Positions 47,170 through 56,799 of a stretch of DNA of 64,000 bases are shown in pieces. Under the pieces are notes generated by a model that saw nothing but the letters and a program-made list of their open reading frames with translations, made no database searches and had not been told where the DNA came from. Within the stretch, counting starts at the first letter, position 1. Each line of letters begins with the position of its first letter. The DNA is from Meyerozyma guilliermondii (lineage: Eukaryota): assembly GCA_051546255.1 (NCBI GenBank), contig CP128815.1, positions 744,001 through 808,000 of the forward strand. The letters run 5' to 3'. The position numbers and the translations under genes are program-made.

Positions 47170-47334
47170 TGGTTGCCTGCAGATAATCCAGTACCCCAGA
47201 CTTTGCAATCAGTGGACAATGAAATTAGAATTCAAAGTCGTTACACGAAATGTTCAAGTAGAGTAAAACTAGTTTACTTAGCTCATGTTCGTATATTTCT
47301 CATAAAATGAAGTTCACTTGCACTTTCAGTGATC

Positions 47335-49614
47335 TCACTGGGAGTGCTCGCTGTGAGACTTCACAACAAGAATATCGTCATACAGCACTTGCTGGCCAAG
47401 ACGAGACATCCTCAACACTTCGGCACATTCTGCAAAATCATAAGGTAAAACAAACATGCGTTGCGCAGTATCCAATTCCTTTCTCGAGGAAGTTGAAATA
47501 AGATCATTAAAATCCTTAAAATAGGACACTGTGAGGTCGACGTTTGGTCCACTGGACTTGAGTTGACCGTCAAATTGATGCTCAAATTCTTTAGTTGTAC
47601 CTGTTGAAGAAGACACGTGAACGTGAATCGAGGGATAAGTCTTTGCCAACAGACTGACAATGTTTAAACAAAGTAAGTCACTTGAACTTAAAAAGTTGTT
47701 GTGGTTCAAAACGCAATGCACCGTCTTTTTTTGGTCCCAAGTGCCAACTTGGCTAGTGATTAATACTCCGACATTGGCCCAACACCGTGAGAATAGTTGC
47801 TTGTATTGGTTTTCGATTATCTCTATGCCTTCTGGCGAGTGAGTTAAACTTGAAGCCGGGATCGACGATAATAGAAGGTCGGATTTGCTGCCAATCTGTT
47901 CAATTGCAGTAACCGCATAGCTGTCCACAGGCGTCAAAATTGACTTGATCGATGATTTCATGTTAAGAATAGAACTAAAGGCGGTGAAAATTGCCATAAT
48001 AGAAGTGAATTTACCTTGATCATGATCATTCGTTCCAAAATTCGCTTCGTCTTTGGATGAAGCTTCAAGCAAATGAGAAGTTCTCGTAGTTAATTCACGT
48101 AAATGGATCGCATTGATTTGATAGTTTTCTTTGGACGTTTGCAAATTCTTCAAAAGAAGCATGAGCTGTGGGATGGTATCAATATTGTTCAACAATAAAA
48201 CCACTGCTGAGAATCTGACATCTTGAAAATTCTCGACAGATATCTCTTCTTGTGTGCGCAACAATGCAGTTTCATCAGAATTCTCTTTGCTCTTATGGTT
48301 TCTCTCTCTGTAGGATTGTGGGTACACCCATAAAGCCAATGGGGTAGTTAAGAAAGTGGTGATCAAAGTCATAACAATGAACATGGAATATACTCTTTCA
48401 GAGATGATTTCTGCATTCAACCCAACATTAAGCACCACAATTTCCACAATACCTTTACATGACATGAGTACACCAACTGCTAAAGACTCTCTCCAGTAAA
48501 GCCCGTTCATTTTGGCAGCAATTAGTCCACCTGCAACTTTTCCAACCATGGCCAAAGCTATTATTCCAATAGTGTAAGCCCAATCGATTCCATGATTTAA
48601 GTCGCCCAAGTTGACACCCAATCCTGCAATAACAAAGTAGACCGGGATCATGACAATGTGGACTATATCTTCAAGTTTTTCGGTGACACGAATCACGTAA
48701 CCATTGTCCCTTGGGACCAAAACTCCCACCATGAACGCACCAAAAATAGGATGAACTCCAATGATATCGGTATAGAATGCAGAAGTGAAAACGAGCCCGA
48801 TCAAGAGGACCATCAGCATGTGGGAGGGTTCGCCAGTAACCATCTCGTTGGTGAATCTTTTGTAGTAATACTTCAAAGCGTACCTGACTGGGTAAGCCAA
48901 GAAGAAAAACCATGCCACTGTTAATAAAAGAATATAGACGGTGTTCACGCCGCTTCCAGAGTTCGCTAACGACACCACGAGTGCCAACAATATCCACCCG
49001 GTCAAATCGTTGATAATTCCAGCAGACAACACGATCGTACCAATCTTGTCGCCAATTAAATTGAGCTCAACAAGAATACGTGCCAACACGGGGAAAGCAG
49101 TGACACACATGGCAACGGCTATAAACACCATATACGTCGTGAATTCTATGGGAGGCATATCTTCGTTGCCCTGTCTGTACTGCAGGTACAAGCCCTTGGC
49201 AATACCACATCCCAAGGCAAACGGAATCGCCATGTTAATGAGCCCCACGGACAACGCCGACCGGTAATTTTTGCGGACAAACTTGAGATCGACTTCCATG
49301 CCGATGATGAACAAAAACAAAATTATGCCCACATTTGCCACAAGCGAGAGTCCTGGTTTCGAGACGGGAGGAAAACATGTCGCTGTGAACTTGGGTATAC
49401 GCCCCATGACTGAAGGACCGAGAATTATGCCCGATAACACTTCAGCGATCACCCGCGGCTGGCGGAGCTTTTTTAATGGATAGTGGAGAATTTGGCACAT
49501 GGCGGTGATTAAAATCACTTGAAACAAGAAGAGAGTCCATGGCGCACTAGCTTCATATTCTAGCGGGTTTCTGCCCGAAACTATGCCGGCGACAGAACTA
49601 GTAGTAACGGCCAT
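47335..49614 (-). CDS. KHA1: K+/H+ antiporter, CPA2 family
   Basis: LRQPRVIAEVLSGIILGPS, TAFPVLARIL, NDLTGWILLA, LMSCKGIVEIVVL. Confidence 0.9.
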   Translation of the reverse strand: MAVTTSSVAGIVSGRNPLEYEASAPWTLFLFQVILITAMCQILHYPLKKLRQPRVIAEVLSGIILGPSVMGRIPKFTATCFPPVSKPGLSLVANVGIILFLFIIGMEVDLKFVRKNYRSALSVGLINMAIPFALGCGIAKGLYLQYRQGNEDMPPIEFTTYMVFIAVAMCVTAFPVLARILVELNLIGDKIGTIVLSAGIINDLTGWILLALVVSLANSGSGVNTVYILLLTVAWFFFLAYPVRYALKYYYKRFTNEMVTGEPSHMLMVLLIGLVFTSAFYTDIIGVHPIFGAFMVGVLVPRDNGYVIRVTEKLEDIVHIVMIPVYFVIAGLGVNLGDLNHGIDWAYTIGIIALAMVGKVAGGLIAAKMNGLYWRESLAVGVLMSCKGIVEIVVLNVGLNAEIISERVYSMFIVMTLITTFLTTPLALWVYPQSYRERNHKSKENSDETALLRTQEEISVENFQDVRFSAVVLLLNNIDTIPQLMLLLKNLQTSKENYQINAIHLRELTTRTSHLLEASSKDEANFGTNDHDQGKFTSIMAIFTAFSSILNMKSSIKSILTPVDSYAVTAIEQIGSKSDLLLSSIPASSLTHSPEGIEIIENQYKQLFSRCWANVGVLITSQVGTWDQKKTVHCVLNHNNFLSSSDLLCLNIVSLLAKTYPSIHVHVSSSTGTTKEFEHQFDGQLKSSGPNVDLTVSYFKDFNDLISTSSRKELDTAQRMFVLPYDFAECAEVLRMSRLGQQVLYDDILVVKSHSEHSQ

Positions 49615-49915
49615 GATAACGCGGATCGAATTTAGATTGACGAGATCTGCGCGGCGGAAAATTGTGTGGGGTGCAAGAACAATCGCACAGCCGCTTCAAA
49701 TGGCTGCGAAAAGTAAAAAGACTTTAGTTTATAGGGAAGTTATAGGCAAGTTGACCGTTTATCAATGAAAACGCTCAGCAAGAGATCCAAGAAATTGATT
49801 GAAAGACTGAGTAAAATTGTGTAAAATCTTTATTAGCTGCGGCAATTGAATTATTAGCTGTAGGGAAATGAACTTGCAATGGTTAAGAACTCTATCCATT
49901 CCACTTTTTCCCAGT

Positions 49916-50653
49916 TCATTTGTACGATGGCCTTGGAAGCTGGTAGCCCTCGGTGGTGCGGCCATATGTGATTCCTCCCAACCTCGACACTGGCTTCAAC
50001 TTGGAAATGTCCAAGATCTTCTTTTCTTCATCGACTACATCTTCACGAGCATGAAAGTTGATTCCCTCTACGAGACATGTGACTCCACTGGTGAGCTCTG
50101 GATTTGATTTAGACTTCCACTCGTGGTGACTCACTAGTTTGGCCTCGATAGAGAACGCAGACTCGGCGACGTGTGGAGGTTTAACCTTTTGCGACTCGAC
50201 TGGAGTCAATCCAGAAAGTTCCCATTCGTCAATTTCAGAAGGAGCATTTATAGCACAGAAATTAGCAGCCTCGAGAAACCACTCTGAGATGATACTGATG
50301 GTGAGCTCGCCAGTTTGCAAAATGTTGGCACAGGTATCTTTGTACTTTCCTGTCATAGCGGAAAACCCCAATGAGAAAATTGGCGGATCATGGTTCATGA
50401 CTGTAAAGTAGGAAAACGGAGCCAAATTCTTCATACCATTAGTACTCACCGTGGAAACAAACCCAATAGGCCGAGGAACAACGGCGGATATCAACATTTT
50501 GTAATTGTCGACTGGCTCACGGTTGGAGTCGTATGGATCAATTGCAATTTTTTTGTACTTTTTCCACTCATCATTTGACGCTCCTGACCCTGGAGTCCAC
50601 TCGGGATTGGGCAGCGTTGTGTACTTCCAGGTTGTTTCTGAAAACGGCTCCAT
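49916..50653 (-). CDS. Flavin reductase-like FMN-binding split-barrel protein
   Basis: YKMLISAVVPRPIGFVST..NLAPFSYF..KDTCANI..PVSRLGGITYGR; alternative ATG at 50698. Confidence 0.85.
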   Translation of the reverse strand: MEPFSETTWKYTTLPNPEWTPGSGASNDEWKKYKKIAIDPYDSNREPVDNYKMLISAVVPRPIGFVSTVSTNGMKNLAPFSYFTVMNHDPPIFSLGFSAMTGKYKDTCANILQTGELTISIISEWFLEAANFCAINAPSEIDEWELSGLTPVESQKVKPPHVAESAFSIEAKLVSHHEWKSKSNPELTSGVTCLVEGINFHAREDVVDEEKKILDISKLKPVSRLGGITYGRTTEGYQLPRPSYK

Positions 50654-50847
50654 GATTGTAGAGGGTAATTTTAATTTAGTCCTCAAAATTCGCACCATGG
50701 TGCGTGGCGTGCAACTCTTAACTATGAGATCAATTTAGTTTTTCGCGACTAGTAAATGATTACAAAATGAGCTGCCGCGATAATGTTCGGGTGCATTGGC
50801 CTACAATATTTGCCCAGTAGAGTCTTGTGAGCACAGCAAGTTGCAAT

Positions 50848-51288
50848 ATGGTCAAGAAAGTGTTGCTAATTAATGGTCCCAATCTCAACCTTTTGGGTAC
50901 CAGAGAGCCCGAGAAATACGGCACCACATCCTTGAAAGATATAGAACAGGCCGGAAGAGACCAGGCAGATCTGAAGAAAGATGGCAGTGAACTCCAAGTT
51001 TTTCAAAGTAATACTGAAGGATTTATTGTTGATAGGATACATAAGGCAAAACAGGATGGTGTGGGATTCATTGTTATAAATGCTGGGGCATATACTCATA
51101 CTTCTGTGGCCATTCGAGATGCCTTGCTTGGAACTGCTATTCCGTTCATTGAAGTTCACATCACCAACGTCCACCAACGAGAACCTTTCAGGCACCAGTC
51201 TTACTTGAGTGACAAGGCAGTAGCGGTAGTTTGTGGTTTGGGGGTGTACGGGTACACCGCATCCATAGAGTATGCACTCAACTACTAG
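50848..51288 (+). CDS. DQD1: Type II (catabolic) 3-dehydroquinate dehydratase
   Basis: [52 protein letters not shown]. Confidence 0.95.
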   Translation: MVKKVLLINGPNLNLLGTREPEKYGTTSLKDIEQAGRDQADLKKDGSELQVFQSNTEGFIVDRIHKAKQDGVGFIVINAGAYTHTSVAIRDALLGTAIPFIEVHITNVHQREPFRHQSYLSDKAVAVVCGLGVYGYTASIEYALNY

Positions 51289-51354
51289 ATAGAGTACTTA
51301 ACTGCGGATTAAATGAACCACTTTGGAGTTGGTACAAATGACTTTTGACTCTTT

Positions 51355-52107
51355 TTAACCATACAATCCCTCCTCCATGGCAGTTGGAACCTCACGGTCT
51401 CCATAGACTCCTGACCAACTGACTGGCCGTTTCCAGGATTCGATTTTCCACTCGCATATTTCGGCCACTTTATCACTCAATTTTTCCGCCTCGTTGAAAT
51501 TGTCTCCTTCGTAAATATATGTGACAATAGTACCTAGTTCGAAGTTTCGAGCTCCAGGAGAAATCAACTTCGCCACTAGCTTGCAGGCATAGAGCGAATG
51601 ACACACATTGGTGGGATCAGGTAATTTGTTACCGCCACCAATATTTAAGCTCTCGAGCGAAACTCGAAGCATTTCCAGATTCGAGAACACTTTCATGGTT
51701 CCTGATGGCAAACCTTCACTCATACCAGCATCCACAGAATCAAGAATCCAAACATTTCTGAACTTGTGCTGACTTAAAAATGGTGCAATTGTCTCGTTAA
51801 CGTAGTGCTCTGTGAACCCGGGTAATATAGGTGATCTCTGCTGTATGGCCGTTACTTGTAATTCTTTCAGATAATATATCTCAACAGCTGATGAAATTCC
51901 AAGTTTTGGATTTTCTTCTGGCATTCTATCGAATGGAGCACTGAATGGATATAAGTATTTGTCGTCCAAGGAACCCACTTTTTCAAGTTTGAGTGTATGG
52001 ATGAGGAGATCTACGGCCAATTGAGGCACATTGGCCATAGAAATGGAAGGTACTATTATTGTGGACCCATCGAAGTTGGCCATGGTAGTGAAGTTCACGA
52101 TTGCCAT
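51355..52107 (-). CDS. ADD66: Proteasome assembly chaperone 2 (Pba2/PAC2)
   Basis: IVPSISMANVPQLAVDLLIH, QQRSPI, YEGDN, WKRPVSWSGVYG..EEGLYG; start may be 52083. Confidence 0.85.
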   Translation of the reverse strand: MAIVNFTTMANFDGSTIIVPSISMANVPQLAVDLLIHTLKLEKVGSLDDKYLYPFSAPFDRMPEENPKLGISSAVEIYYLKELQVTAIQQRSPILPGFTEHYVNETIAPFLSQHKFRNVWILDSVDAGMSEGLPSGTMKVFSNLEMLRVSLESLNIGGGNKLPDPTNVCHSLYACKLVAKLISPGARNFELGTIVTYIYEGDNFNEAEKLSDKVAEICEWKIESWKRPVSWSGVYGDREVPTAMEEGLYG

Positions 52108-52311
52108 TGAGAATTAGTGCGACACTTGAGCTTACGTTATAGCAGAGATAGATGTATTGCAAAATTTACCAGGTAGCAAGGTGTAGCAAACATGATTGAA
52201 GTTACTGTTGGAGTAGTTAAAGTTTCATGGTTCTGGGTTAAGAAGTTTGTATGGTTTGGGGTTAAAGCAGTTTTAATGGTTTTGGCATTTTGGGTGTATC
52301 CTTTATTGTTC

Positions 52312-53610
52312 CTACCACCCATCAGAAATATTTGCAAGTCCGTGATGTTGATGGCTTGAATGGGCAAAGCTTGCAAGAGGATCACGATACATTAACTGGG
52401 ACGTGGAAGGATTATTATGGATGACATTATTGCTCGGGGATGACAAGCCAGGAATTGAAAGAGCAGACTGATTGTTCATAACATTTGAGGTTTGAGGAAA
52501 CGACGATGCAAATGTATCGGTGGAGACATTTGCGGCGGGTGAGGTGCTAGGTCCGTTGAGCTTGAACTCATTTAGCCCAAAAATGACATTGGAGCTGGAC
52601 TTCGTTGTGTTGTGCAAATGAGAAGGATTGAGTGTTGTAGATGAGCCATTGCCATTGTAGCTCCCCAATGTTGGACTGAAGGGTAGCTGATTTTGAATGG
52701 AATTGAAAGAAGGAAGTTGTTGGGCTTGGTTTTGGATCAGCAGCAGAAGCTGAATCGTATTAGAATTGAGATTCAAGTTGAGTCCTGGTAGATGAGTAAA
52801 GCTTTCGAGAGCAGCTTGAGGGTGTGTGTTTGCCGTTGCCGACTCGGTATCTGTATAATCCTGGTCAGATTCGTTCAATAATGGCGTAAGAGGAATAAGG
52901 TTGGCACTTGGATTGGGGTTAAGGGTAGTATGGCTAGTGTTAGGAGTTGACAACCAGCTATTCAAGCCAGACGGTTTAGATGGAGGTGACATGACATTCT
53001 TGTAATCATTAAGGAACTGGCTCGAAAAACCACGAAGTATGCTGCTTTTATCATTATCACTGAGTGCTCTATTATCCAACACAGTTTCTTTGATTAGTGA
53101 ATTAACCTCGTTTGTGAGAAGATTGAGAATGTAATTCAGCAGTTTGCTTTCAGGATCTGATGTCAAAGAATTGAATACCTTAAAGTGGGAATCCTTTTGT
53201 CTGGCCTTGGGAGTGGAAGTGCGTGAAGAAAGAATTGCTTCTTTCTTAGGTTCTGACCCTTCGAAGATTTCCATGGATGGAGAAAGCACAGGAACAAGCC
53301 CATGTGGTTCTAATTCGTGATCGTGCCATTCGTTAATAACAACCAAAGACCAGCTTCGATTACGACTAGAATAGTTGGCACGAACCCTAAATGGACATGT
53401 GCTTTGTCTTACTGCTTTGCCCTCCAGATCACGCTTGGAAACAGGCTTACAGCGAAAGATGATTTTGTTGGAATCTGACCTTTCAATCACGATATTTATA
53501 CCCTTGCGGGCTTGGAGTATTTTTTGAAGCCATGGTTTGATTTTGTCTTTTGTAGCAAACTTGCGATTTCGAAGACACAACTCAGAAAGGGAGCTCTGAT
53601 GAAGTGGCAT
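52312..53610 (-). CDS. AFT2: AFT-family (WRKY-GCM1 fold) transcription factor
   Basis: KDKIKPWLQK..GINIVIERSD..KIIFRCK..CPFRVRANYS..WSLVVINEWHDH, then a low-complexity S/N/P tail. Confidence 0.8.
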   Translation of the reverse strand: MPLHQSSLSELCLRNRKFATKDKIKPWLQKILQARKGINIVIERSDSNKIIFRCKPVSKRDLEGKAVRQSTCPFRVRANYSSRNRSWSLVVINEWHDHELEPHGLVPVLSPSMEIFEGSEPKKEAILSSRTSTPKARQKDSHFKVFNSLTSDPESKLLNYILNLLTNEVNSLIKETVLDNRALSDNDKSSILRGFSSQFLNDYKNVMSPPSKPSGLNSWLSTPNTSHTTLNPNPSANLIPLTPLLNESDQDYTDTESATANTHPQAALESFTHLPGLNLNLNSNTIQLLLLIQNQAQQLPSFNSIQNQLPFSPTLGSYNGNGSSTTLNPSHLHNTTKSSSNVIFGLNEFKLNGPSTSPAANVSTDTFASSFPQTSNVMNNQSALSIPGLSSPSNNVIHNNPSTSQLMYRDPLASFAHSSHQHHGLANISDGW

Positions 53611-53850
53611 GGAGGCTATGACTGGGGAGCTATTGTACTAGCATGGAAAAACAAGAAATGCTGTTAATAAAGTTATTTTTATAAATAGAAGGGTTATTTC
53701 TTGTGCGCGAAAATGATGAAAGTGCAACTAGCTGCAAATTAGTCGCACCAAGTTATTTGTGTCAGAATTATATATAGTATTTCGTGTAATAATTTCTTCT
53801 GGTTTTTTGTGACTTGTTCTAAACTACTTTGTTCTTTGTAATTGTTTAGT

Positions 53851-54189
53851 ATGACTTCCCCAAAAATGGAAACAAACCGACTACAAAAGGCAGTTAACAA
53901 TCTTGTGTCTCAAGCAGTTGGAAGTGACGAAACATATTTGCTTGGAGCTCTCGAGTCCATATCTGGAATATTGCAAGTTGTTGGTGAGGAGAGTCAAACC
54001 GTTGCTGAAAGCAACAACGAGCCCATACCATCAATCGCACAATTGGTGTCTTCGATTAATGAGCTACTAGATACTGAAGATAGCACAACTCACAAGCACA
54101 AATCGATAGACCTGAGTGCTAAGAAACTGAACGACTTTGACGAATTGAACGAATTGAACGAATTGGAAGACGAATTTGAAGATGTTTAA
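53851..54189 (+). CDS. Small acidic hypothetical protein (112 aa)
   Basis: ATG 53851 (or 53866), TATATATA upstream, amphipathic helical composition; contains (GAATTGAAC) x2.7 at 54142-54165. No family recognised. Confidence 0.55.
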   Translation: MTSPKMETNRLQKAVNNLVSQAVGSDETYLLGALESISGILQVVGEESQTVAESNNEPIPSIAQLVSSINELLDTEDSTTHKHKSIDLSAKKLNDFDELNELNELEDEFEDV

Positions 54190-54236
54190 TCCTACGTTTT
54201 CCAAAGCTATCGTAGATGCAATATTTACAAGTTAAT

Positions 54237-54767
54237 CTACTCCAAAACCACCTTTGCTCCCAATGCCTCCAACGTACTCTTGATCTTTTCGGCATCTTCC
54301 TTGGCAACATTGTCCTTCAACACCTTTGGAGCAGCCTCAACAAATTTCTTGGACTCCACCAATGACAAGCCCAACATACTCTTAACCTCCTTGATAACCT
54401 TTGGTTTGGATTTAGGGTCAAATGACTCCAATTTGATGGCAAAGATGGTCTTTTCTTCAACCTCTTCCTTCACCTCTTCCTCAGCTGGAGCTGCTGCTGC
54501 TGCAGGAGCGGCGGCCCCGGCGGCTGGAAGTGCAATGTCGGAGATGTTGAGTCTCGTCTTCAACTCACTGACCAATGAAGACGTTTCTAACAATGTCAAG
54601 GTGGAAATCTGATCGACTATGGAGGAGATCTTTGGGTCAACCTGTGCCTGGGAAGCTGGCTCTGCGGCTGCGGTTGAGTTATGACGAACAGCAAGCACAG
54701 AACTCCTGAAAACGCCCCTTTTCACGCAAGGAACAACGGCACGACGCATCATGGTGACGGACTTCAT
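54237..54767 (-). CDS. MNP1: Mitochondrial ribosomal protein bL12m (L7/L12)
   Basis: Presequence, IVDQISTLTLLETSSLV, Ala-rich hinge, KVIKEVK..LGLSLVESKKFVEAAP; start may be a downstream Met. Confidence 0.93.
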   Translation of the reverse strand: MKSVTMMRRAVVPCVKRGVFRSSVLAVRHNSTAAAEPASQAQVDPKISSIVDQISTLTLLETSSLVSELKTRLNISDIALPAAGAAAPAAAAAPAEEEVKEEVEEKTIFAIKLESFDPKSKPKVIKEVKSMLGLSLVESKKFVEAAPKVLKDNVAKEDAEKIKSTLEALGAKVVLE

Positions 54768-54903
54768 GGTAGTATCAACTGTTTCCGTCGACTGAAAATT
54801 TGAGAATCCTCGCGAAAAGTTGGTAGGGGCACGCCGACCCTATATTCAATCTCAACTTCAACATCTTTACGGTGCTTGGATTGAAGACGGGACACTACAA
54901 AAC

Positions 54904-55242
54904 ATGGCGTCTTTTCGATTCTGCGCCGAGTGCAACAATATGTTGTATCCAAGAGAAGATAAAGAGAATTCACGGCTCTTGTACTCTTGCCGAAATTGTG
55001 ATTATACTGAGTTGGCTGAGAATCCCAAAGTTTATCGTCACGAATTAATGACAAATATTGGAGAAACTGCGGGTGTTGTTCAAGATATAGGAAACGATCC
55101 AACGTTGCCAAGGTCAGATAAAGAGTGTCCGCGTTGTAGCAATAAGGATTGTGTGTTTTTCCAGTCACAGCAGCGGCGTAAAGACACAAGTATGATTTTG
55201 TTTTATGTGTGCTTGGAGTGTAAAAAAGTATTTAGAGCTTGA
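54904..55242 (+). CDS. RPB9: RNA polymerase II subunit 9
   Basis: [41 protein letters not shown]. Confidence 0.97.
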   Translation: MASFRFCAECNNMLYPREDKENSRLLYSCRNCDYTELAENPKVYRHELMTNIGETAGVVQDIGNDPTLPRSDKECPRCSNKDCVFFQSQQRRKDTSMILFYVCLECKKVFRA

Positions 55243-55295
55243 ATTATAAATACATGTATTATAGGTCAGTATAGTATACTGTGTCTCATAAAACG

Positions 55296-56516
55296 TTAGA
55301 ACTCGGTAAAGTACAGAGCGTAAGGATCTTCGCCTACCGAGCCGTAGTCCAACTGTTCTTCTGGGTAGTGGTCGAATAACGATGAGTCTCCCACACCGGC
55401 AGTAATAGGAGGCTCATACGGCGTTTCGATGTCTTTGGCGAGCAATTTCTCCCACACAACTTCCTGGAACCATGGATGGTTTCTGATATCGGCGGGTCCA
55501 TTACGCAAGTTTCCTAGCCTTCGGGTCAAATCAGCAGTGATGAGTTTGGTCAACAAGTCAATAACATCAGGATGAAAGTAGCTAGGGAAATGAATCTTAC
55601 CGGACAAAATCTTTTCATAAGTTTTCATGGGGGTGGTGTCGTAGAATGGAGTGTAACCAGCCAACATTTCAAAGATCAACACTCCCAACGACCACCAGTC
55701 CACCGACTTGTTGTAGGGCTTGGTAGTGATAACCTCTGGGGCGATATAGTCAGGGGTTCCACACAAAGTCCAGGTAACAGTGCTGACTTCTTTGGCAAAC
55801 CCAAAATCGGTGATTTTGACATGTCCATTTCTGTCCAATAATATGTTTTCAGGTTTCAAATCACGGTAAATGATGTCGTGGGTGTGCAAGTATTCCAATG
55901 CCAATATCACTTCAGCAGCGTAAAACTTGGCTACTGGGTTGGGGAACCGTTGAGATTTCCGTAACAAGCTAAAGAGCTCACCACCTTCAATATAGTCCAT
56001 CACCATGAATAAGTTTTTAGAGTCCTGGAACGTTCCCCACATCCGAATCAAAAAAGGATGTTCAACCAATTTAAGCATTCTTCTTTCATCGTTTGTGTGT
56101 TCCACCTGCTTCATTCTAACCACTTGATGCTTTTTCAACACTTTTATAGCGTAATATCTGCCATTGTGCACAGACCGGACCAAATGGACTCGTCCAAACG
56201 ATCCTGTTCCCAATGTTCTCATTATGTGGAAATCTGTCAATGAATACTTGCCCTTACTTACGGTCGATCTTTGAGGAAGAAGCGACCTCTCGATAGCTTC
56301 TTGAGCTCTCTGCTGTTGTAGCTCGTGTTCAGCCTGAGCCTGGGCTTGTGCCTGGGCCTGGGCCTGCGATTGAGCCAACATCTGGTCTTGGGGTGTCACA
56401 ATTGGCTGGTGCTGTTGCGAGATGTTCTCCATGGTTTCAATGTTGTGGAGAGAGTTAACTGTCACGTTTTGGTTGGCCTTGGTCAAGTGAAGTTTTTGAA
56501 GTAGATTGGGCGACAT
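55296..56516 (-). CDS. TPK2: cAMP-dependent protein kinase catalytic subunit
   Basis: [46 protein letters not shown]-rich N-terminus. Confidence 0.92.
   Translation of the reverse strand: MSPNLLQKLHLTKANQNVTVNSLHNIETMENISQQHQPIVTPQDQMLAQSQAQAQAQAQAQAEHELQQQRAQEAIERSLLPQRSTVSKGKYSLTDFHIMRTLGTGSFGRVHLVRSVHNGRYYAIKVLKKHQVVRMKQVEHTNDERRMLKLVEHPFLIRMWGTFQDSKNLFMVMDYIEGGELFSLLRKSQRFPNPVAKFYAAEVILALEYLHTHDIIYRDLKPENILLDRNGHVKITDFGFAKEVSTVTWTLCGTPDYIAPEVITTKPYNKSVDWWSLGVLIFEMLAGYTPFYDTTPMKTYEKILSGKIHFPSYFHPDVIDLLTKLITADLTRRLGNLRNGPADIRNHPWFQEVVWEKLLAKDIETPYEPPITAGVGDSSLFDHYPEEQLDYGSVGEDPYALYFTEF
56331..56376 (-). repeat. Coding (Gln-Ala)n repeat in the TPK2 N-terminus
   Basis: [15 protein letters not shown] encoded by degenerate CARGCN hexamers. 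Confidence 0.8.
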
Positions 56517-56799
56517 ATAGTACTCAATCTTTTTAGATTAAGGTGTTAGATGTAACCTAGGTTGTTGCGGCCAGCAATGATTTCTCCACAAAAAGGAATC
56601 AATGGCACAGCAAAATGCAAAATGCAAAGGAATTGGGCACCGGTGATGGCAATTAACAATTATTCAACACCAATGGCTCGTATACGTAAGTTGATAAAGC
56701 TTCGTCCTGAGGCGTTGGATTTAACAATCGGGAAAATGCTCCTTGCAAGCGACACGACCTTGAGGTGTATGGATGTGTGTATTATACTAAGGTTTATCG

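Noticed and set aside
33236..50795. GGGTGCA (Aft consensus) in the TAF4/RCL1, KHA1 and DQD1 promoters as an iron regulon
   Set aside because: A short motif upstream of functionally unrelated genes, with no exact copy in the NRAMP promoter
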